NCBI GenBank assembly: GCA_902797115.1 | Contig: CADBRQ010000115.1 | Span: forward strand, 1-52,608 | Length of the DNA stretch: 52,608 nucleotides | Source: an uncultured Bacteroidia bacterium | GTDB taxonomy: Bacteria; Bacteroidota; Bacteroidia; Bacteroidales; UBA932 | Direction: 5' to 3' | Part shown: positions 45,791 through 52,608 of the stretch, in pieces | How positions within the stretch are numbered: the first letter of the stretch is position 1 | Layout: each line of letters starts with the position of its first letter | Position numbers and translations under genes: made by a program | The notes under the pieces: generated by a model | What the model saw: only the letters and a program-made list of their open reading frames with translations | Database searches by the model: none | What the model was told of the DNA's origin: nothing

Positions 45791-47197
45791 ATGAGCATAA
45801 ATTTTTTGGAACATAAAATATTCGACATTGTAAGTACCACTGCAAAGGAGAATGGTGTAAGAGCCTTTGTAATTGGTGGTTATGTAAGAGATTGTTTCTT
45901 GGCAAGACCTTGTACAGATATAGACATAGTGGTAGAAGGGAGCGGAATAGAGATTGCAAAAGCAGTTGGCAAAAAAGTAAAAAGCAATGTCAGCATCTTC
46001 AAAAATTTTGGAACCGCAATGTTAAAATACGATGGATTGGAGATTGAATTTGTTGGGGCAAGAAAAGAGTCCTATTCTCACAACTCGAGAAAACCGATTG
46101 TAGAAAATGGAACGCTCAAGGAGGATCAAGAGAGGAGAGATTTCACTATCAACGCATTAGCATTCTCCCTACAGGAAGAAGATTACGGTAATCTGATAGA
46201 TCCATTTGGAGGAGTTGCAGACCTACAGAATGGAATTATCCGCACCCCTTTAGATCCCGATATCACCTACAGCGACGATCCATTAAGGATGATTCGTGCA
46301 ATCAGATTTGCCGCTCAATTGGGCTTTTCTATTTCCGAAGAGTCTTTGAGAAGTATAAAAAGAAATAAAAATCGTTTGGAAATACTTAGCAGAGAGAGAA
46401 TTGCAGAAGAGATGAACAAAATCCTGATGAGTCCCAAACCATCGATAGGATTGCAGCTCTTGCAAGATTGCGAACTGTTAGAGCAATTTCTTCCACAGTT
46501 AAGCCGCTTGCAAGGCGTTGAAACTCAAGAAGGGAGAGGACATAAAGATAATTTTGCCCACACACTCCAAGTTGTAGATAACATAACTACACAAACAGAT
46601 AATCTTTGGTTAAGGTGGGCAGCGCTGCTTCACGATATAGGAAAACCTGCCTCAAAGCGATACGAGCCGGGGATAGGATGGACCTTCCACACTCACGAAT
46701 TCATTGGAGCCAAAATGATTCCGGGAGTATTCAAACAAATGAAGATGCCTCTGAACGAGAAGATGAAATATGTTCAGAAACTTGTGGCTCTGCACCTTAG
46801 ACCAACAGCTTTAGTAGAAGATTGCGTTACCGACTCTGCCATCCGCCGACTATTGTTCGATGCGGGAGACGATATCGATGACCTGATGATTCTGTGCAAC
46901 GCAGACATCACCTCTAAAAATGAAAACAAGGTGAGAAAGATAAAAGAGAATTTTGCTCTGGTCACCCGAAAACTTGTTGAAGTTGAGGCAAAAGATGCAA
47001 TCAGAAATTTCCAAAACCCAATTACGGGAGAGTTGATTATGGAATACTTCGGCATTGAGCCGAGCAGACCTATCGGGATAATAAAAGAGGCAATAAAAGA
47101 GGCAATTCTGGAGGGAGAAATAGAGAACAATTTTGAACAGGCATTTGCCCTGATGAAAATCAAAGGAGAAGAACTCGGACTGGTTCACAAAAAATAG
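45791..47197 (+). CDS. tRNA nucleotidyltransferase/poly(A) polymerase-family protein with HD domain (CCA-adding type)
   Basis: Start taken at ATG 45791, 1 nt after the previous stop. Motifs GGYVRDCFLARPCTDIDIVV, RRDFTINA and the HD region LHDIGKP. Confidence 0.85.
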   Translation: MSINFLEHKIFDIVSTTAKENGVRAFVIGGYVRDCFLARPCTDIDIVVEGSGIEIAKAVGKKVKSNVSIFKNFGTAMLKYDGLEIEFVGARKESYSHNSRKPIVENGTLKEDQERRDFTINALAFSLQEEDYGNLIDPFGGVADLQNGIIRTPLDPDITYSDDPLRMIRAIRFAAQLGFSISEESLRSIKRNKNRLEILSRERIAEEMNKILMSPKPSIGLQLLQDCELLEQFLPQLSRLQGVETQEGRGHKDNFAHTLQVVDNITTQTDNLWLRWAALLHDIGKPASKRYEPGIGWTFHTHEFIGAKMIPGVFKQMKMPLNEKMKYVQKLVALHLRPTALVEDCVTDSAIRRLLFDAGDDIDDLMILCNADITSKNENKVRKIKENFALVTRKLVEVEAKDAIRNFQNPITGELIMEYFGIEPSRPIGIIKEAIKEAILEGEIENNFEQAFALMKIKGEELGLVHKK

Positions 47198-47296
47198 AAT
47201 CTGTCCACCGCAAAAAATAAATTTGTACATTTGAGTTAATATAACACAATATAACAGATTAAAGAGCAAAAAAATAGTTTATTAGATAGAATTAAG

Positions 47297-47701
47297 ATGA
47301 AACTTTTAAGATACATTATTTACATATCTGTACTCTTGATAGGGTGTTCTGCTTTTGCTGCTCCTACACATACAACCGCCGCAGACACCATCGCTAACCT
47401 TCAAGATGAAAATGTTATTGCCAAAAAACTCACAGATTACGTTAATACTCAATTGGTTCTTACAGACAGACAATACAGGAGAGTTTACGAACTAATGTTT
47501 AAAGAGGCAGTTTTAATAAATCAGAATCTTCCCGATTCGGTCATCCAAGAAGTTAAGAAAGAGAGAGATGTAAAAATGAAACGGATACTCAAACAATACC
47601 AGTACAACCTCTATCTGAAAATCAGAAACTCGCTGTACGATATTTTAAAAGAGCCCGAAAAAAACGAAGAACCAAAGGATTCGGAATCAACCGAGAATTA
47701 A
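47297..47701 (+). CDS. secreted hypothetical protein (possible LTxxQ/Spy-like)
   Basis: Signal peptide, helical Lys-rich body and one LTDRQ motif. Function unknown. Confidence 0.5.
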   Translation: MKLLRYIIYISVLLIGCSAFAAPTHTTAADTIANLQDENVIAKKLTDYVNTQLVLTDRQYRRVYELMFKEAVLINQNLPDSVIQEVKKERDVKMKRILKQYQYNLYLKIRNSLYDILKEPEKNEEPKDSESTEN

Positions 47702-48178
47702 CTAAAAAGCATTTTTAGGGGAGAACTTTACCTCTTCTAATATATTTCCCTCCAGCACTTTATAAAACTTCTGGTTTGTCTTTGGAGAACGAAGTCCTCC
47801 TTTTTCTGCAATATATGGTCCTATTTTCACAAAATCAAAATTAGAGAGCCGGATTGATGTTGAAAGGTCAGAAGCACCTGAGTACCATGCAGTTTTAACC
47901 CCCTCAAAATTAGATTTGATGAACGCTGCGAGAGAATTCACCTGCTCCGGAGATTGATCTCCTCCCATAAAACAGACACAAGTAATATCTCCGTAGTACT
48001 TATCTACTAACAATTTAAGAAAATGCTCAGTAAGTTCTAAACCCTCATCTTCCCATAACCACTTACTATGACAATCAGGACACCTGTTAGGGCATCCCGA
48101 TATGTTCAAAGCCAAAGTTATCTCGTTTGGAATTTCCTGAGCAACAATGTCGTAGTTATAGCACTTTAGAAGCTTCAT
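47702..48178 (-). CDS. nrdG: anaerobic ribonucleoside-triphosphate reductase activating protein
   Basis: Radical-SAM cluster CPNRCPDC; 158 aa; overlaps the nrdD 3' end by 23 nt. Confidence 0.9.
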   Translation of the reverse strand: MKLLKCYNYDIVAQEIPNEITLALNISGCPNRCPDCHSKWLWEDEGLELTEHFLKLLVDKYYGDITCVCFMGGDQSPEQVNSLAAFIKSNFEGVKTAWYSGASDLSTSIRLSNFDFVKIGPYIAEKGGLRSPKTNQKFYKVLEGNILEEVKFSPKNAF

Positions 48179-50363
48179 TCACTTTTTGTCTACTCTTTTG
48201 AGTTGCCGCCTCTTTCTCTAATTTTTCAAGATCTGCAACTGTAAGAGCCACATTAGCGTTCGCAATCTCTCCATGATCTTTCGCATAGTAACGCTTTGCC
48301 GCCTCTTTCTGGCGTGCAGCAGAGAAGTTGCTCACTCTCTTCATGTAACCGATTATACGAGTCAGATAATCGAGATTCTTGCTGTGGCAATGAGGACACT
48401 CTTTCAGATAGCGTTTGTCTATATGGCCGCAATCGTTGCACACAGTATTAGGAATGTTGAATGTGAAGTAGTTACACCCCTCTTTAGATGCAACTCTCAG
48501 GAGCTGACGATATTGCTCTTTAGAAAGGTGCTCTTCCAGATTCATATGAAGTGCACTTCCTCCCGTCAAATGTTCAATGTATTTAGAACCGTGAAGTTTG
48601 AATTTATCTACAATATTCAGCGATTTGTTCTCAACTAAATAGAAGTAGCTGTTGTAGCAGTCGCGAGGAACAAAGTAACCATCCTCCTTATCCCATTTAG
48701 CATGCTTAACTCCCACATTCTCAGCAGGTATCATCTCACAGTTGAACATAGTGTCTGCCGTTCTGTATTTTTTATTGTACTGTTCTATCAGACCGAGCAC
48801 ATCTTGTACATACTTGGTATATTGAGGATTATCGGTTATTTCAAGTCCTAGGAATTCTGCTGCCTCAACCAAACCATTTATACCAACGGTTAAGTATTGA
48901 CGGGAAATATTTATAAAACCGGCATCAAAGAGAGGAAGCATTCCTTTGCTCTGAAGATCTTTAAGATTCTCGTTATATGCAAGCTGAACTTTGTGAACAA
49001 GGTCTATCACCTCACCCAAAAATGCGAGATAATCTACATTGTTCTTAACTGCATACTGAATACAACGGTTAAGGTTGATTGTGAGGACACTTTTACTTCC
49101 TGTAGAGACTCCTCCAGCACCTAAAGTATAACTGAAACCATTGTCTTGAATCTCATTTCTTAGTCTGCAACAACTACTTAAAGAATCTGCGTTGTCGGAG
49201 AGATAAGTGAAGAACGAATGTCCTTCGCTGTACATCTGAGCAGTAAAATCTCCCCACTCTTTATCTTTAACATCTCCATTTTCGCCAAGAAGCGCCATTG
49301 TTTCTACCGGAAAAGTTAAAGGTGTTTTCAAACGCTCTGCATTGAACCATTTCATAAATAGTTTTTGCAGCCACGAAAGTCCCTCCCAATGAGGTGCGCT
49401 CCCATCTGGGAAACGGAACTCACCAAACAAACTCTCAAAATAGTATTTGTCGTAATAAGCAACATTCCAGAACACTGCTTGGAAATTACGAGCTCCGGTA
49501 GGTTGATTAATACTATAGACAACTTGTTCAAAGCAATCTGTAATTACCTTTTTAATAGTGCGTTGCTTTAAAGAGAGATCTACAACCTCATCTCCTCTTT
49601 TATAGTAATCCTCACCATATTCCTTTTGGAGGAAATAGTTCATATACATCAAGAATTCAGGAGTGGCACAAGCACCGCTGAGCATACTCGATACGATGAA
49701 TACCAAATTCACAAAGCCCCCGCAGAAAGATTTTAGATTTGTCGGAGCTGTAGAATTTCCCCCTATCTCCTTTGTTCCATTAAGAAGCCATGGATACATC
49801 GTGATACTTGCACAATAATTGGCAAGAGAAGTCTCATCGTTCTTATAGATGAAATGCTCGTTCAAAAGCTTTAGATAGCGATTCGCAAAGTCTTTGCCGT
49901 ACATATTTTTCAACCTGTCTGTCAGGAGCTTACGGTTTAGTCTTATAAAACCTGCTTTTGGAATTTCTCCAATTAAAGTTGCAATATTCTTATTCTCTAC
50001 ATTTGCATTCGCATCGTATTTGCTAGAGGTGGCAGCATTGCTCTCTTTGCAATAATTAACAAAGAAATCCATACGCTCGCGCACATCTCTGTCATCTGTA
50101 TGCCTTTGACGGTAAAGCATGTATGATTTTGCAACAGCATAGTACTTCTCCCTCATCAGAGCAAGTTCAACTTGATTCTGAATCTCTTCTACATTCATTC
50201 CATTGGAGATGGAAACTCTCGATAAAATAATTGCAAGATCGTCATCCGCAGCAAAACTACCCACTGAGAGAAAGGCCTTTCTTATAGCACCTTTAATTTT
50301 TTCTACAGAAAAGTTCTCTTTAGAGCCGTCTCTCTTAATAATCTGAATTTGTACACCCGTCAT
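48156..50363 (-). CDS. nrdD: anaerobic ribonucleoside-triphosphate reductase
   Basis: 735 aa with an N-terminal ATP-cone, a Zn ribbon (CNDCGH...CPHCHS) and the glycyl-radical motif TRIIGYMKRV. Confidence 0.93.
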   Translation of the reverse strand: MTGVQIQIIKRDGSKENFSVEKIKGAIRKAFLSVGSFAADDDLAIILSRVSISNGMNVEEIQNQVELALMREKYYAVAKSYMLYRQRHTDDRDVRERMDFFVNYCKESNAATSSKYDANANVENKNIATLIGEIPKAGFIRLNRKLLTDRLKNMYGKDFANRYLKLLNEHFIYKNDETSLANYCASITMYPWLLNGTKEIGGNSTAPTNLKSFCGGFVNLVFIVSSMLSGACATPEFLMYMNYFLQKEYGEDYYKRGDEVVDLSLKQRTIKKVITDCFEQVVYSINQPTGARNFQAVFWNVAYYDKYYFESLFGEFRFPDGSAPHWEGLSWLQKLFMKWFNAERLKTPLTFPVETMALLGENGDVKDKEWGDFTAQMYSEGHSFFTYLSDNADSLSSCCRLRNEIQDNGFSYTLGAGGVSTGSKSVLTINLNRCIQYAVKNNVDYLAFLGEVIDLVHKVQLAYNENLKDLQSKGMLPLFDAGFINISRQYLTVGINGLVEAAEFLGLEITDNPQYTKYVQDVLGLIEQYNKKYRTADTMFNCEMIPAENVGVKHAKWDKEDGYFVPRDCYNSYFYLVENKSLNIVDKFKLHGSKYIEHLTGGSALHMNLEEHLSKEQYRQLLRVASKEGCNYFTFNIPNTVCNDCGHIDKRYLKECPHCHSKNLDYLTRIIGYMKRVSNFSAARQKEAAKRYYAKDHGEIANANVALTVADLEKLEKEAATQKSRQKVNEASKVL

Positions 50364-50394
50364 ATCTGTTTAAGTTTCAGTTTGTTAATTTAGT

Positions 50395-50428
50395 AATAAA
50401 AACAAGGTCCTACATGACAAAGACCTTG
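50395..50428 (-). promoter_or_regulatory. hairpin plus U-tract in the nrdD 5' leader
   Basis: Minus strand: CAAGGTC-N12-GACCTTG followed by TTTTTATT, ending 31 nt before the nrdD ATG. A TAATTTTG box (50445-50452, minus) lies just upstream. Confidence 0.4.
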
Positions 50429-50607
50429 CAGAAGGTTAGTGATACAAAATTAAAGATTAAATCTTGCGTTCTATTAGTGAACAATAATAAGTATTCCACA
50501 ACTTATCCACAATTTTAGGGGTGTCATAAAAAAGTTATCAACACAGGAAAAATTGTCATAAAAATTTCTTGGATTCAAAAGAAATTCTTTTATATTAGCA
50601 GATTGTT

Positions 50608-52113
50608 ATGATAACATTTTTTATATGTTTGGCATTACTTGTTACCGCCTACTTCACTTACGGACGGTATTTAGAGAGAGTTTGCGGCATTAAGAACAGT
50701 ACGAATGTCCCTGCCCTCACTATGCAGGACGGGGTTGACTATCTTCCGATGCCTCGTTGGAAAACCTTTCTGATTCAGCTCCTTAACATTGCCGGCTTAG
50801 GTCCTATATTTGGAGCGGTTTTAGGTGCAACTTATGGTCCTGTAGCTTTCCTGTGGATTACCCTTGGTGGAATATTCATGGGGGCAATGCACGATTTTAT
50901 ATCGGGAGTAATGAGTTTGAACAATAAAGGGGCGAGTCTTCCTGAGATAATTGGTAAATATTTGGGAGTCAGCGTTAAACAAGTGATGAGAATTTTTGCT
51001 GCACTTATGATGATACTTGTTGGTGCAGTCTTTATGCTTGGTCCGGCCGGACTCCTGAACGGAATGTTAAACAGCGGCGGAATTCCTGCAATCGGCCTTA
51101 GTGGGCTGAAAATGTGGATATTGATTGTCTTCGCATACTACATAATTGCAACACTTTTACCTATAGATAAAATAATCGGTAACATCTATCCAATTTTTGG
51201 TTTTGCCCTTATTTTCATGGCATTAGGTATTTTATATTTGATCTGCACAGGGAACTATAATATTCCGGAACTCACATCGCTGGAGAATATGAAATTCAAT
51301 GCAAAAGAGACTCCTATTATTCCAACACTCTTTATAACAATAGCTTGCGGAGCCATATCCGGATTCCATGCAACACAATCTCCACTGATGGCAAGGTGCC
51401 TGAAAAATAAAAAAGAGAGCAGAAGTGTCTTCTATGGAGCGATGATTTCCGAAAGCATTATTGCACTCATTTGGGCAGCAATCGCCATGGCTTTCTTTGC
51501 TCCAGAAGGTATTGGCAAAGAGGGAGTTACAGCATTAAATGCAACCCTTGCAGAACACAACGGCGATGCCAGTTGGGTGGTAAATCATATTGCCAATACA
51601 GGGTTAGGAAAACTTGGAGCAGTGCTTGCTTTACTCGGAGTTGTAGCAGCTCCAATTACCTCGGGCGATACGGCATTCAGAAGTGCCCGACTGATAATAG
51701 CAGACTTTCTGAGACTCAGTCAAAAGAGTTTGATTAAAAGGTTATATATCTGCATTCCGATGTTTGCAATAGGATATATCATCACCCTTCTCAATTACGA
51801 AGTGCTTTGGAGATATTTTGCATGGGCAAATCAAACTCTCAGCGTCTTTACTCTCTGGGCTATAACGGTTTATCTATACAGCAAAGATGAAGACAGCAGG
51901 CGTATCGAGAATAAGAAGAGTAAAAGTAACTACCACTATTTAATCTCATTCATCCCTGCTGTACTGATGACTTTTATCTGTTCAGATTTTATGTTTACAA
52001 GCAAACAAATATTTGGTATGGGACAGGAGTCGAGTCTCCTGCTTGCATGCATGCTGACAATATTAATAACTATTGCGGTCTCTATAAAAATGCGCAAGAC
52101 AAAAAGTTTATAA
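50608..52113 (+). CDS. cstA: carbon starvation protein A (short form)
   Basis: 501-aa polytopic protein. The N-terminal region (YGRYLERV...LLNIAGLGPIFGAVLGATYGP...GAMHDF) is the CstA signature. Confidence 0.88.
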   Translation: MITFFICLALLVTAYFTYGRYLERVCGIKNSTNVPALTMQDGVDYLPMPRWKTFLIQLLNIAGLGPIFGAVLGATYGPVAFLWITLGGIFMGAMHDFISGVMSLNNKGASLPEIIGKYLGVSVKQVMRIFAALMMILVGAVFMLGPAGLLNGMLNSGGIPAIGLSGLKMWILIVFAYYIIATLLPIDKIIGNIYPIFGFALIFMALGILYLICTGNYNIPELTSLENMKFNAKETPIIPTLFITIACGAISGFHATQSPLMARCLKNKKESRSVFYGAMISESIIALIWAAIAMAFFAPEGIGKEGVTALNATLAEHNGDASWVVNHIANTGLGKLGAVLALLGVVAAPITSGDTAFRSARLIIADFLRLSQKSLIKRLYICIPMFAIGYIITLLNYEVLWRYFAWANQTLSVFTLWAITVYLYSKDEDSRRIENKKSKSNYHYLISFIPAVLMTFICSDFMFTSKQIFGMGQESSLLLACMLTILITIAVSIKMRKTKSL

Positions 52114-52292
52114 AAGTTAGAAATGGGCAGAGTGCCAGCACAATAGAGAACTAACATATTAGTGAATAATAATATCATAGAAGAGAGGGTTGAGAGATTA
52201 AGGAGAGATTGAAGAGTTGAAGAATATAACTATAATGTTGTTAAGAAAACTGATTAAATTATTGTAAAAGAAATTAATAAATTAAAAGTAAG

Positions 52293-52608
52293 ATGAAAAA
52301 ACTATTATTGATTGCAGCTGCTTTAGTGATTGCCGGAGCAGTTTGTGCACAGACAAAAAGTGTTGTATTCAACATTGAGAACATTAGCTGCGGTAAGTGT
52401 GTGGCAAAAGTTACAGAGTTAATGAGCAGCGTTGACGGAGTATTAAAAGTAACAGTTGAACCAACAGCTAAAAAAGAGGTTACAGTAGAATTCGATCAAG
52501 AGAAAACAAAACCATGCAAAATTGTTGAATCGTTGAAAGACACTAAGTACAAAGTAGTTGGAGTGAACGGTAAAGCAATCGGACAAAAAGAAGAAAAACA
52601 CGAATGCA
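52293..52608 (+). CDS. secreted heavy-metal-associated (HMA) domain protein, 3' end outside window
   Basis: Signal peptide, then FNIENISCGKCVAKV (CxxC metal-binding loop of the HMA fold). The frame is still open at 52608. Confidence 0.7.
   Translation, partial: MKKLLLIAAALVIAGAVCAQTKSVVFNIENISCGKCVAKVTELMSSVDGVLKVTVEPTAKKEVTVEFDQEKTKPCKIVESLKDTKYKVVGVNGKAIGQKEEKHEC

Noticed and set aside
46774-47269. Two overlapping minus-strand ORFs (129 and 139 aa) antisense to the CCA-enzyme gene.
   Set aside because: They are shadow frames with Ser/Phe/Ile-rich low-complexity composition, and the sense frame has clear family motifs.
50430-50607. A cobalamin or other known riboswitch upstream of nrdD.
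   Set aside because: The region is very AT-rich. I found no B12-box-like GC-rich core or multi-stem junction, and the candidate promoter leaves too little leader for an aptamer.

Overview
AT-rich chromosomal segment with a Bacteroidota (Bacteroidales-like) signature: nqrABCDEF, DUF3575/OmpA-like and DUF4290 genes, TAnnTTTG-type promoter boxes and no Shine-Dalgarno sequences. All calls come from reading the sequence and the ORF track by eye; no database search or computation was run.

About 49 of the 52.6 kb (3.2 kb to the right end) is ordinary, densely packed housekeeping DNA:
- Respiration and redox: Na+-NQR operon, an NfnAB-like oxidoreductase pair, reverse rubrerythrin.
- Central and nucleotide metabolism: glutamine synthetase, pyrE, alr, nrdDG, cstA.
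- Translation: hisS, initiator tRNA-fMet, pth, L25/Ctc, a CCA-adding-type enzyme, an m5C RNA methyltransferase.
- Division, replication and envelope: ftsK-lolA, ftsB, holA, sppA.
- Peptidases and transport: pepC, C11 clostripain-like, DPP-III, S41, an AGCS transporter.
- A GH9-CE4 fusion enzyme.

The only accessory-looking part is the left ~3.2 kb, all coded on the minus strand. A deoxyinosine-glycosylase-like gene and a tail-anchored acidic protein are followed by an array of small units. These units are delimited by five copies of one repeat element (core GTTTTCTA-N6-CA-N-AAAA), three in one orientation and two in the other.
- The three full 35-bp copies are imperfect palindromes. Each supplies an in-frame TAG, then (I/L)-E-N, then a TTG/TTG/GTG in the same phase as the downstream frame.
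- Two of those frames carry one internal stop. A third unit is frameshifted in a homopolymer. The left-edge ORF contains an A15 run.
- One intact unit encodes an orphan 209-aa protein and a 51-aa stand-alone copy of the NAD-ligase (LigA) domain Ia.

I read this as the end of a repeat-delimited orphan-gene cassette array. It could be integron-like, an acquired-immunity-island type, or a shufflon/inverton; the alternative is a REP/MITE-like family. Any recombinase would lie left of the window. This is a hypothesis, not a demonstrated system.

I saw no CRISPR array, rRNA, IS element, integrase or prophage gene.
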